Assembly: GCA_963664395.2 (NCBI GenBank)
Contig: OY761159.2
Coordinates: 800,001-864,000, forward strand
Direction of reading: 5' to 3'
Length of the DNA: 64,000 nt
Source: Candidatus Binatia bacterium
GTDB lineage: Bacteria; Desulfobacterota; Binatia; Bin18
Shown here piece after piece: positions 27,717-37,926 of this stretch; position 1 is the first letter of the stretch; each line of letters opens with the position of its first letter. Position numbers and translations under genes: made by a program. Below the pieces are notes generated by a model. That model saw only the letters and a program-made list of their open reading frames with translations, was not told where the DNA came from and searched no databases.

Positions 27717-28559
27717 TCAACTGCTCGCATCAAAAAGCCGCTCACCGTTCCGCCAACGCAGGGTTGCGTCCGGCAGGTCAAGCGCGCGGAGTAAGGCCGC
27801 GTTGAGTTCATACGCTTCGCCATCAAGCTCGGCGTGCTGCGTGGCGTCACCCAGACCGTTCAACACCGCATTTCCCATAACAAAAGCGAAGGTATCAACC
27901 GGCACTTTCGTTATGGTCTCACTTTGCCCATAGGCATGTTCACACGCTTCAAGGCGAACGGAGTTCCAGCCTCGACACTTAAACGGGCGCGCTTCGTACG
28001 CCATGCATGTATTGTCCTGTAATAATGCACAGGGGAGTCGCTTCCGGTCTGGCGAGCCGGTCGCGCTCTGCTCGCACCGCGCTTTCAGCCGTTTCCGCAC
28101 GGCCGCCAACTCATCAGGCGTACAGTTAGCCCTCAGCCAGTCCGCCAGATAGACCACCTCGGCGGCGCTGGCCAACACAACCGGCAAATAACAACAAAAG
28201 GCGCAGCCCGCTTGGCAGGCACGCCGGTCACGCTCGGGCGCCTGGGCGATCCGGTCGTCCGCCCAGGCGTGCGCAGAGTTCACCAGGAGTGCTACGGACG
28301 CCGCCTTATCATCACTGTTCAGAGCAGCGAGCGCCTCATGATACTGCGCAGCATAGGCAATCAACTCTTCGCCGCCGGCCGGCGGCAGTCCGTGTTCGAG
28401 AAGTTGTCCGATAAACTGTTGCACTTCCTGAGGCGAAGCGGCCTGCTGGAGTTGGCTCTTAATCTGGGCAATATCCAACCGTGGAGCGGAGGTCTTCTCT
28501 TCTCCGACCGGATTCTTCTTTGTGGCTTTGGCTTGTCGTCGGCGTTCGGCGCGATTCAT
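27717..28559 (-). CDS. YkgJ/CxxCxxCC cysteine-cluster protein
   Basis: CQAGCAFCC, CALL...CMAYEARPFKCR. Confidence 0.8.
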   Translation of the reverse strand: MNRAERRRQAKATKKNPVGEEKTSAPRLDIAQIKSQLQQAASPQEVQQFIGQLLEHGLPPAGGEELIAYAAQYHEALAALNSDDKAASVALLVNSAHAWADDRIAQAPERDRRACQAGCAFCCYLPVVLASAAEVVYLADWLRANCTPDELAAVRKRLKARCEQSATGSPDRKRLPCALLQDNTCMAYEARPFKCRGWNSVRLEACEHAYGQSETITKVPVDTFAFVMGNAVLNGLGDATQHAELDGEAYELNAALLRALDLPDATLRWRNGERLFDASS

Positions 28560-28694
28560 GCAGTCTCCTACAGGCCTCTTGTCTTCTCGCCACCGTGATC
28601 TGTCGAAAATTGACTTATCCGGCTTCATCATAGCGTACTTATGATATATGAGGAGCCATCCAGGGAAAGAAGGACTTCTTACATAGGATGAAAT

Positions 28695-29612
28695 GTGAAA
28701 TACCGTGTCAACGTTGACTTGGCGAACCAAACAAAAGCGGAGTTCTCTGAGGTCATTGATGGTAAAGACGTGCGTCTGCTCAACACAGTTGGCGCCTTTT
28801 CCTCTCTGTTTTTACTGGACCTCAGCACCTACACCAATCCCGTCCTTGTGCTGAAAACAGAAGAGCCCGGCAGTAAACAGGTCCTCGCATTTGTGCATAA
28901 TCGCGTGGAGTCTGTCTGCCATGACATGATTAACCACCTCATCAATGACTGCATTGTCATGGGTGCGGAGCCGCTCGCCGTTCAAGACCTGATTGTATGT
29001 GGCAAACTCGACGGAGCTACAGCCAAGCGTATTGTTGCCGCCTGTGCTGCTGCCTGCGAAGCGCAAGGTTGCGTACTGACAGGTAGGGAAACGTCAGAAC
29101 AGCCGGGGATATTGGACGCAGACAAGTATATTCTCGGATCGAATATTGTTGGTATTGTCGAACGGGATCAGATTATTGACGGCTCTCACATGACTGTTGG
29201 TGACGTCGTTGTTGCCGTTCAATCGTCCGGTCCGCATACCAATGGCTATACCCTTATCCGGGATCTGATAGCCCAAAATCCTGAGCTCCTGACTCAACGG
29301 AGAGGAGGAATACAAGAGAATCTTAATCGCATCCTGCCGTCCGACTGTGACGCAGCAATTGATCTCTCCACCTATCAAGTCAATCCGGTATTTGGTGTGC
29401 TCAAACAGCACGGAGCGGTCCCTGATGAACATATGCTTCGGACGTTTAACCTGGGAGTGGGGATCGCTGTCGTGTGTCAGCAATCCCACGTCGCCGAGGT
29501 CGTAGCGCATATCCAGGGTTGCGGCGAGTATTCCTACCTTATTGAAGAGATCGTTCCAGGCCATGGCCAGGTCGTGTGTACGGGAGAGCTGCGGTATAGC
29601 ACGTGGGACTGA
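28695..29612 (+). pseudogene. purM: PurM (AIR synthetase)-like gene with an apparent in-frame internal deletion
   Basis: INDCIVMGAEP, ETSEQPG, SSGPHTNGY, MLRTFNLGVG; the segment ending in HITGGG is missing before IQENLNRILP. Confidence 0.7.
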
Positions 29613-29703
29613 TGCCCTCGGCTGACACCCATATCCATATCGATCTGCTGAAAAGTAAGTTACAAGGCTTGAGGTTCGTAATAGATATTTAAGGAGAGAT
29701 GCT

Positions 29704-30150
29704 GTGAACGATACGTTTCAGGGCGGCTGTTACTGTGGCGATGTCCGGTTTGAAGTCTCAGACATTTTTGATGCGGGGTATTGTCATTGCTCGGTGTGTC
29801 GCCAGCTTAGCGGGGCACCGGCCATCGTTTGGGCGAGCGCCCCTACTCGCTCCTTTCGTCTTACTCAGGGCTCACCGTCAATGTTTCGTTCATCTGAGAA
29901 CTGGGAACGCTATTTCTGCTCAACCTGCGGCTGTGGCCTGTTCGGTCGTTATCGCCTTTCTCTAACGGACCAGCAGGACTTCGTCTCTTTTAACCCTTAT
30001 ATTCTTGACAATTCTGAGGCCGTTCGGCCAACAGTCCACATTTGGTACGACTCCAAGGCCTCGTATTTTGACGTAACAGATGACTTACCGCGTTTCCCCG
30101 AAGGAACGATAAGGCATCCCAGCAAACGCCCGTCGTGGCGTGCTCCGTGA
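29704..30150 (+). CDS. GFA (CENP-V) family protein
   Basis: GGCYCGDVRF, CHCSVCR, RYFCSTCG. Confidence 0.9.
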   Translation: MNDTFQGGCYCGDVRFEVSDIFDAGYCHCSVCRQLSGAPAIVWASAPTRSFRLTQGSPSMFRSSENWERYFCSTCGCGLFGRYRLSLTDQQDFVSFNPYILDNSEAVRPTVHIWYDSKASYFDVTDDLPRFPEGTIRHPSKRPSWRAP

Positions 30151-30160
30151 CGATGTACAA

Positions 30161-30662
30161 GTGAAACAGACCGACCCTGGCGACACTATTCGCCTCGCGA
30201 CGAATCGCGATCTGCCCCTCTTCAGGGAAATGTTATTCGAGGCGGCATATTGGAATCCTCATCGCGAGCACCCGACTCTGGAAGCAGGCCTTGCCCCACC
30301 AGAGTTGGCAAAGCTCCTGCACAACTGGGGGCGCAAGGGGGATACTGCTATTGTCACCGTCAACAGGGCAAAAGGAATCTATTAGAGCGGTCTGGTATCG
30401 GCTCTGGACCCCGGAAGACCACTCGTATGAATTTGTTGATGGTGAAACGCCAGAGCTTGGGGTCGGAGTTTGCCCAGAGCAACGAGGTCGGGGGATTGGC
30501 ACAAGGCTGTTGAAAGCCTTGCTTAAAGAAGCCCAACGCCAGCAGCTTCAGCACGTAAGTCTGAGTATGGAGTTTGAAAACCCAGCCCTACGCCTGTACG
30601 AGCGTTTGAGTTTTCAAAAAATTGGTATCGTCGACACAGCTTGGACCATGGTCGTTGACCTA
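30161..30662 (+). pseudogene. GNAT acetyltransferase, frameshifted and hit by IS at its 3' end
   Basis: FREMLFEAAYW in one frame, VWYRL..PELGVGV..QRGRGIG..NPALRLYER in another; IS begins at the TA in codon CTA. Confidence 0.75.
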
Positions 30663-31502
30663 GGTTGTGTACTCATAAGTCCGTAGCCACAGGCGGACGG
30701 TAGCGAGTTTAATAAACGCCAAGAAGTTGGAGGCGGTTTTTTCATAGCGGGTGGCGATCCGGCGATAGTGTTTGAGTTTGTTGAAGAACCGCTCAATGAG
30801 GTTGCGCTGTTTGTACAGGACGGGGTCGAAGGGCGGGCGCTGGCGCCGATGGGCCTTGGGCGGGATATTGGCGGTTGCCCCCGCCTTGGCAATCTGGGCT
30901 CTGACCGCATTACTATCGTCAGCCTTGTCGGCCAACACCGTACAGCCCGCGCCGAGGAGACTGAGCAGTTCCGCCGCGGCCTGCACGTCGTGCGTTTGCC
31001 CAGGCGACAATACAAACGCCAGGGCACGGCCGCGCCCATCCACGTGGGCGTTGATCTTGGTCGTTAGTCCGCCGCGCCCTCGGCCCATACACCGCTCTCC
31101 CGTGTTTTTTTGAAGTGGTGGCATGTTGATGGACTCGTATGATCGAACTGTCAATCATTTGCACCTCGCCCGCCAAGGTTTCGGCCACGGCTGCCATCAG
31201 CCGATCCCACACGCCCGCCTTACGCCAGGGATTGAACCGGTTGTAGCAAGTGGTGTACGGCCCGTAGCGGGGGGCAGGTCCCGCCACGGCGCCCCCGTGC
31301 GCAATACCCAGAAAATCCCGCTCAAAACCCGCCGGTCATCCACCTGCGGGACGCCGCGCGGCTTGTGCGGCAACACCGGCGCAATCACCCTCCATTCCTC
31401 CTCCGTTAGATCGTAGCGCCCGCGCATCAGCTACCTCCCTTCGGCCAGACGCTTGAATCACACTCCTGCCCCGATAGGTAGCCCGTTTATGAGTACACGC
31501 CC
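30663..31502 (-). mobile_element. IS5 family (IS427-like) element IS-A, transposase frameshifted
   Basis: Imperfect IR GG(TT/GC)GTGTACTCATAA, TA flanks; DSS, ADKADD, NLIERFFNKLK..RRIATRYEK; A7 slip site plus an extra break in a C6 run near 31270. Confidence 0.9.
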
Positions 31503-31504
31503 TA

Positions 31505-32237
31505 GGGTCAGGACTCATAAACGGGATTTTCTTGGCCAGGGAGTTATGATTCTCTCTCCGCCGTGGAGGGAAGAGGCGATGAGCAATCAGTTCTGGCTTT
31601 CCGAAGCGCAATTCGCCCGGCTCCAGCCGCTGTTGCCGCCGGACACGCGCGGGGTGCCGCGGGTGGACGACCGGCGGGTGATCTCGGGGATCGTCCAGAT
31701 GTTGCAGAGCGGCTGTCGGTGGCGCGATGCGCCGCGTGTCTATGGGCCGTCCAAGACCCTGTACAACCGGTTCGTCCGCTGGGCGCGGAAGGGGGTCTGG
31801 GAGCAAGTGTTCACGGAGCTTGCGGAGGCCAGCGGCCCGCCCGGGACGCTGATGCTGGATGCGACTCCGGTCAAGGCGCATCGGTCGGCGGCGGGCGGAA
31901 AAGGGGGGCGCAGCAGCAGGCGATTGGGCGGTCCCGTGGGGGGCGGACCACGAAAATCCATGCCGCGGTCGATGAAGCCGGCCGCCTACGACAGCGATGC
32001 GCTCCGCGCTTGGCTGCGGCGCCGCGGCTGCCACGGTCATCCCTAACAACCCGCCCCGCAAGCGCAAACATCCCTTTGACAAAATCGCTTATCGGACCCG
32101 GAATGTCATCGAACGCACTTTCTGCCGCCTTAAGGACTGGCGCCGCGTCGCCACCCGCTACGATAAACTCGCCCACAACTACCTTGCCTCTGTCGCGCTC
32201 GCCGCCCTCGTCATCTATTGGTTATGAGTCCTGACCC
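31505..32237 (+). mobile_element. IS5 family element IS-B, internally deleted (copy 1)
   Basis: Perfect 16-bp IR GGGTCAGGACTCATAA, TA flanks, 733 bp; DEAGR joined directly to AYDSD. Confidence 0.92.
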
Positions 32238-32331
32238 TAGCGCATTGACCGCCTTTCGCTAGCTCCCCTGGTGTTACAGCAAACCGCCACTGACCGTATT
32301 CCCGCTGTCAGCCACGGGCAAGATAATGGTA

Positions 32332-33426
32332 CTACCACGACAAACACCGCCGTACGGCACGGGGAATTTCCTCTAGCTCGCGTACCCGAACGACGGTTCC
32401 CCGACCGACTTGCGCCATGCGGGTGCACAGCGCTGGATCACCGCCAGGAAGCTCAATAACGTGTAAACAAGTGAATTGTCGGGCAAGGGAGAGAGGGTCG
32501 GGGCCAGTGTTCAGCCAGCCATCAGTGACCAGAATACCAATGTGGTTATGGACCTGTGTTCTGGTAAGCTCTTCCAGTCCTGTTTCTAGCCCGCAGGCCA
32601 CATCAGTACATCCTTCTGATTGCATGCCCAAGATTTCCTGGATGATTTCCTCTTGAACCATCCGCGTACCAACTGCCCGGATCACATACCCCTCATCCGA
32701 AAAAGCAACCGCCCCCCATTCATCTTCAGGCAGAAGATTCAGCAACAATGTGGCTGTCACCAGCGCTGCCGATACGGCTTTGGAGCCACGCATTGAGCGG
32801 CTCTTGTCCAGCATCACCATATAAGCCCGACGGCGAAGGGTGCGTTCCTTGACTACCAGATCTGCATAATTTGCCGGTCCTGAGTGGTGTAAGGCGAATG
32901 GCGAGGAGAGCATCCGATCCAAAGAGGCCTCAAGGTCAAGTTCATCGGAGTGAAATCGATACTGAGCAGATTCAAACTTCCCATCGCGGCGGAACCTCCT
33001 GGGGACTGACACACGCGCCATTTTTAAAAGGAGGCGGACTATACGGTCCAGGTGTTGCTCCCGGGTCTCTGCATCGAGATTATCCCAGGTCAGGGTGAAC
33101 AGTTTTTCATAGGAGTGATGATGTGAAAGACGATCGAGGACAAGACGATGCCGGCCCATGATCTGCGCAACGCGGGTGGGGGCCACCTCAGCCAGGGAAA
33201 CGACGTCATCAAGCGCACCCTGGCTGAGCAGCTCGTCCGCCTCACGATCAAGCGGGGCATCGAGGTAGTGGTGGTGATCCTCGGGAGTGCCCGGATGATG
33301 GGCAAGCAGCCTGTGCTCGCTCTCGCTCAGAATGCGTCGGGGGGCCGGCCGCTGGGCTACCCCCTCCTCGACTTCATCTTCCAGATGTAACGGTCCCGGA
33401 GCTATGAGGCCGATTGAGCTGTAGGC
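32332..33426 (-). CDS. vWA (MIDAS) domain protein, CoxE-like; reading frame opens at the MoxR A9 run
   Basis: DKSRS, GCTD, LVTDG MIDAS residues; frame open 80 codons upstream of the first GTG (33186), which has no SD. Confidence 0.82.
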   Translation of the reverse strand, partial: AYSSIGLIAPGPLHLEDEVEEGVAQRPAPRRILSESEHRLLAHHPGTPEDHHHYLDAPLDREADELLSQGALDDVVSLAEVAPTRVAQIMGRHRLVLDRLSHHHSYEKLFTLTWDNLDAETREQHLDRIVRLLLKMARVSVPRRFRRDGKFESAQYRFHSDELDLEASLDRMLSSPFALHHSGPANYADLVVKERTLRRRAYMVMLDKSRSMRGSKAVSAALVTATLLLNLLPEDEWGAVAFSDEGYVIRAVGTRMVQEEIIQEILGMQSEGCTDVACGLETGLEELTRTQVHNHIGILVTDGWLNTGPDPLSLARQFTCLHVIELPGGDPALCTRMAQVGRGTVVRVRELEEIPRAVRRCLSW

Positions 33427-34337
33427 TTTTTTTTTAACTCGTTGGGGTCACCTAATTCCCAAAACTCACCATCCGGAGTATGCCATTCTTCGGCCAGACT
33501 CTGCCATATCTCCTGAATAATTTCCTCTGGCGTGCGGCTTGTGGTTTCATTCAGCCAAATTTTGTCCCGGAGCGCCATTAATGCAGAAGAGAAAACCAGG
33601 TGGGTGCGTTCCGTCCCTGCTCCGTCCTGAGAGTCGAGCAGCTGGCAGGCAATAAGAACCAGATCAATGGCTCCTCGAACCGACGCACCCAGCCGAATAT
33701 CCTTGTGGGCTCTTGTGCGTCGGGTCATTTCCATTGCCGTCGCCACCAGGCCCAGGTTACCCTGGTCTGTGTGCCGTTTGACAATATCGACCTCTTCGTC
33801 TCGGTTCTGATAGTCCATCCGGATCGAGCAGAAACGATCTCTGAGCGCCCGGCTCACCCTGGCTGTACCCGCATCGTCATAGGGGTTTAACGCGGCAACC
33901 ACACGGAACTCGGGTTTCGCCACCACACAGCCAAGATAGGGGAGGGTCAGCTCACGCTCTGAGGTGGCAGTAATAAAGGCATTGGTGGTATCGTCCGGCA
34001 GCCGGTTAAATTCCTCCACATACAGAATCGCCCCTTCTTGCATGGCCTGCGTCAGAGGACCATACTCAAAATGTTCCGGCTTATATCCTTTTGACAGCAC
34101 TTGGGCAGGGTCGAAGTGACCGAGCAGCTTTGTCGAGGTCAAATCGCTATTCCCCGTCACCTGGATAAAAGGGATACCCATTTCCTGCACGACGCTTTTG
34201 AGGATGGTCGATTTTGAGGTACCAGGGGGGCCCTCAAGCATCACATGCCGCCCGCCTAACAAAGCCGCCACAATCATCCGCGTTTCGTGACGCCGGCCAA
34301 CGAAGTGATCTACCACACGAGAGTAAAGTTCTTGCAT
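33402..34337 (-). CDS. MoxR family AAA+ ATPase
   Basis: LEGPPGTSKS (Walker A), YVEEFNR (Walker B), AALNP, SRALRDRF, GASVRG. Confidence 0.92.
   Translation of the reverse strand: MQELYSRVVDHFVGRRHETRMIVAALLGGRHVMLEGPPGTSKSTILKSVVQEMGIPFIQVTGNSDLTSTKLLGHFDPAQVLSKGYKPEHFEYGPLTQAMQEGAILYVEEFNRLPDDTTNAFITATSERELTLPYLGCVVAKPEFRVVAALNPYDDAGTARVSRALRDRFCSIRMDYQNRDEEVDIVKRHTDQGNLGLVATAMEMTRRTRAHKDIRLGASVRGAIDLVLIACQLLDSQDGAGTERTHLVFSSALMALRDKIWLNETTSRTPEEIIQEIWQSLAEEWHTPDGEFWELGDPNELKKKPTAQSAS
33426..33453 (-). other. Candidate -1 frameshift/slippage signal (AGGTGA-12 nt-A9G)
   Basis: A_AAA_AAG in MoxR frame; -1 frame has TGA at 33448-33450 then stays open to 32332. Confidence 0.7.
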
Positions 34338-34462
34338 AACTCAGTCCAAATCACTGTGACACGCGTTCGGCCACTGGCGGTCAGTTGTTGGAGTCTTACT
34401 CCTCACTCATTGTTACGCGAGTTTGAAGCGAGTCCCCAGCTGCTGACCGCTGACCGCCTGCC

Positions 34463-35503
34463 TTATGCATTCGCCGGAGCACTATCACCGCGCGTGGGCA
34501 CGCCGACTAAGCGCCTGTACTCATCTCCGGTCGCGACCTCACGGCCCATGAGCTCGGCAATCGACTTGAACATGCGGAAATGATCGGCATTTGATTGGAT
34601 GAGGGCGTCCTGGTGAGGGTGTCGCCAGACAGTGTCTTCCATGCCAACCCGGACGTGAAGGCCTAAGATCATGGCTTGGATAGCCAGGTAGCTCGACGCC
34701 CGGCCAGCAGCACAGACAACAATTTCCGAGTCGCGGTCAATGTCATAGATCAGGTCAGTCAGGTGCATGATACCCCTGACCATCTGTCTGGGATTGTTCA
34801 TGGGACTGCCCCCGGGCAGCGTTGGGAGAATGATCCAAAAGTAAGGCTTTTCCAGTAAGCCGGTCTTAATCAAATAACGGTCCGCATTGTCCACATCGCC
34901 ATCAGAATATACTGCTATCTGCGGCTTGACGCCGAGCTCCTGACACAGCCGAGTTTTTTCTATGATGACATGTGGGGGTTTAGCAAAGAGGGTGTCTCCA
35001 CAGAAGGAAGCGGTTGTGTTAATGGGAGTGACCTCCAGCAAGCGGTCGCTCAGCACCGAGACCATGTTATCCCACTCTCCGTCCAGAAACGGCACCATGC
35101 AACCGTCATACACCGGGTCTGGAAACTCTTTGCGAACAGGGTCAATCACGCGATGGAAGAGTTCTGAGTCGAGGACGTTATAGCCTTCCTTATCACGCAC
35201 ATGCACATGGACGGTGGTGGCCCCGGCCTCAGCGCACTCCCGGGCCGAAGTAAGGATCTCATCCGGAGTGACGGGTAAGTTGGGGTTGTTTCGCTTGCTA
35301 TAAAAGGCGCCGTTAACCGTCTGTGAGATGACGACTTTATCCGGAATTTTCCACTTGGGCTGAACCTCAATATCCCCGTACTTAGAGGTAAAGGGATCAA
35401 CGACTTCTGGGAGCCCGTAGGGGTTCCAGATGGCTTTAAATTCTCCCTTCTTTTTCCACTCCTCAATATATTCCCAGTTGACTTTATCTTTCCTTTTGGC
35501 CAT
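34463..35503 (-). CDS. 3-keto-5-aminohexanoate cleavage (BKACE/DUF849) family protein
   Basis: NPNLPVTPDEI, AGA..VHVHVR, HVRVGMEDT. Confidence 0.9.
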   Translation of the reverse strand: MAKRKDKVNWEYIEEWKKKGEFKAIWNPYGLPEVVDPFTSKYGDIEVQPKWKIPDKVVISQTVNGAFYSKRNNPNLPVTPDEILTSARECAEAGATTVHVHVRDKEGYNVLDSELFHRVIDPVRKEFPDPVYDGCMVPFLDGEWDNMVSVLSDRLLEVTPINTTASFCGDTLFAKPPHVIIEKTRLCQELGVKPQIAVYSDGDVDNADRYLIKTGLLEKPYFWIILPTLPGGSPMNNPRQMVRGIMHLTDLIYDIDRDSEIVVCAAGRASSYLAIQAMILGLHVRVGMEDTVWRHPHQDALIQSNADHFRMFKSIAELMGREVATGDEYRRLVGVPTRGDSAPANA

Positions 35504-35616
35504 AGTTCACCTCTCCTTAGTTATGCTTGTCCCATTTCGCCCTCTCTCCCTCTAGTTCTGTTCCATTATACCTACTGTGTCAAGAGTTAAATGGTATCGT
35601 ATCAGCTCGTTGCCTA

Positions 35617-36415
35617 GGGCGTGTTCACACTATATCGGTTATAGTTGGGGGATGGAGCTTACCCAACAGCAGTATGAGCACCTCAAGGACTTGCTCCCGC
35701 GTCAGCGCGGGAACGTCAAGGGAGACAATCGGCGAGTGTTGGCAGCGATTCTGTACGTGGTAGAGCAGGGCGGTAAGTGGCGGGGCCTGCCGGAGCAGGG
35801 CGGTAAGTGGCATACGATCTATACGCGCATGAATCGCTGGGCGAAGAAGGGCGTGCTGGACCGGATAGTCGTGGCTTTACAGCAGCCGCAGCTCATCTGC
35901 GTGCGGGTCGAAGTGGTCTCGCTGGATAGTCCCGTCGTGCCAGTGCATCCGGACGGGCCGGGCGCGCGAAAAAAACCGGGCCGCAAGCCATCGGGAAGTC
36001 TCGCGGCGGCTGGACGACCAAGATTCATCTGGTTGCCGCGGATGCTGGCACCGCCGTGAGCTTTTCGTTGTCGCCGGGCCAAGCTGGCGATGCGCCTGAG
36101 GGCCGAAAGTTGCTGGCCGAGACTCCGTTGGAGGCCGAGTACGTGGTGATGGACCGGGCCTATGAGGGCGAGGCGACCCGGCAATGCGTGCGCGATTTAG
36201 GGGCGACTCCGGTCGTGCCGCCGAAGAGCAATCGCAGGGTACCGTGGCCGTACGACCGAGCAAAGTATAAGAAACGCAATGAAGTGGAGCGGCTCTTTCG
36301 CAGACTGAAGGGCTTCCGCCGCATCTTTTCTCGGTTCGACAAGCTCGATGTGGTGTTCGCCTTCTTCATCCACTTCGCACTCATCATTGAGGCGCTCAGA
36401 AGTGTGAACACGCCC
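35617..36415 (+). mobile_element. IS5 family (IS427-like) element IS-C
   Basis: Perfect 15-bp IR GGGCGTGTTCACACT, TA flanks in CTAG; transposase from ATG 35652 with -1 site at A7, DRAYE, NEVERLFRRLK; stop TAG formed by target. Confidence 0.92.
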
Positions 36416-36597
36416 TAGATGTTCGGCCCCGAGCATCCAGTCTTTGTGGGAAGTATTGACACGATCGACGGGGTTGGCGCTGGACGGGCCATAGGTTATA
36501 GTTTTTATTTCTCGATGCATCTGGGCCGCTATATAACTTGCGCCAGTAGGGCTAAAGCGTAGCCAACGGCATGAGTCTCACCGATAAGGAGGACGTC

Positions 36598-37113
36598 ATG
36601 AAGCACGTAGCTCAGTTTGTCGTAGTTGTGTTGCTCTGTTTCACTTTTTCTTTCGATATTGAAGCTCAACAGCAGAAGGTAGAACCAAGTGGATCTCATA
36701 CCGTCTCTGGGGCACTCACTGGGCCGGAGGGCCCCATCGCAGACGCAGAAGTCTTTTTCACGTTTTACAAGGATGCGGAATGCGTGAGATTTGCAAAAAA
36801 TGAAATGCAACTGAATTCAACTGAAAAAGGACAATACGCAGAATGTGCCCAGGATCTGTCGCCTCTCAAATCGGACGAAGAAGGTCGGTTTACGTTCTCC
36901 CCAAACAAGACTGGTTGGTATCGGTTTATGATCAGATGGGGGCAAAGCTCCCTGCCGGAATATAAGGACCCATTCATGGGTGACTTTTTTATAGAACACT
37001 ATCTGTATCAGAACAAATATATGGTGATGTCGATAAGCGACTTTTTTATCTTTTCGGGGGACAAAGATCTTATTTGGGACTTCAACTGGCAGACCCAGAA
37101 ACCTCAGCGATGA
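36598..37113 (+). CDS. Hypothetical exported protein (possible prealbumin-like fold)
   Basis: AGGAGG RBS, signal peptide, VSGALTGPEGPIADAEV...SDEEGRFTF. Confidence 0.65.
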   Translation: MKHVAQFVVVVLLCFTFSFDIEAQQQKVEPSGSHTVSGALTGPEGPIADAEVFFTFYKDAECVRFAKNEMQLNSTEKGQYAECAQDLSPLKSDEEGRFTFSPNKTGWYRFMIRWGQSSLPEYKDPFMGDFFIEHYLYQNKYMVMSISDFFIFSGDKDLIWDFNWQTQKPQR

Positions 37114-37155
37114 TGGAAGATAGGGAAATTGTAAAAAGAAAAACAGGAAAGCGCC

Positions 37156-37452
37156 GTGAAACTTCTGCTTCTTTGTCTCGTCCTGATTGGGCTGACTGGT
37201 TGTCGGACGCCATACCACGAAGCGACTCGAGCAAAGATGCGATCAGTGTTGGGGTCGACGTTTGCCGCGAAAGAAGCCAAAGTCCAACTCGATGAGCTCC
37301 AGTTACGACATGCGCAAGGGCTGATTACCGCAGAGGAGTATGAGCAAAAAAAAGCCGAAATTCTGCACAGTGTCAACCAGTCAAGCCCGACTTGGACCGA
37401 GAGACCCCGAAAGAGACCCAACCCGCCAGTGGACGACCTACGTCACCCCTGA
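37156..37452 (+). CDS. SHOCT-domain lipoprotein
   Basis: Lipobox LTGC; L..L...GLITAEEYEQKKAEIL. Confidence 0.75.
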   Translation: MKLLLLCLVLIGLTGCRTPYHEATRAKMRSVLGSTFAAKEAKVQLDELQLRHAQGLITAEEYEQKKAEILHSVNQSSPTWTERPRKRPNPPVDDLRHP

Positions 37453-37926
37453 TAGGGCGATTTCCCTTACTGTCTCGGGGTCCGTGCTCTCTCCCAGATT
37501 CGGCCCGTGTCGGCGAGAAAAGAAAACGCCTCAGCGTGGGTTCATGGTCAGATAGGTAGTTGCTGATAAAAGACTTCCTTTCATCGTGACTGGTTTGAGC
37601 AGATACCATGCACACAGCCACACCCCAGCAGACTACAAGAGCCAGCAGCCTATAAAGTTTTTTACTCGTAGGGAGCAGCGTCATCCGGCTCATTGCTTGG
37701 GGTGTGGGACGGCTGTGAGAATATCATTTCTGGTTGATAGTTATCCATTAAGGGGCCAGGATGGGGGGATATGAATAAGGCACTCCCTGTGATTACCGAA
37801 AGCCGGCAGCAGCTCCAAAGGCGGCTGAGAGCGGAGCCCGAGGCCCAAAGGCGACTGCGCTTGGGATAACGGCGTTACTCGGCGACTCGAAGTCTTCACA
37901 TGTACACCTGCTTGAGCACGTTGACC

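Noticed and set aside
34376-34460. Imperfect inverted repeat with GCGGTCAG/CTGACCGC units between BKACE and MoxR
   Set aside because: Too degenerate to call as a MITE or terminator from one copy
37373-37693. 106-aa minus-strand ORF with a signal-like N-terminus
   Set aside because: Overlaps the SHOCT gene and has no recognisable domain; may be a gene fragment
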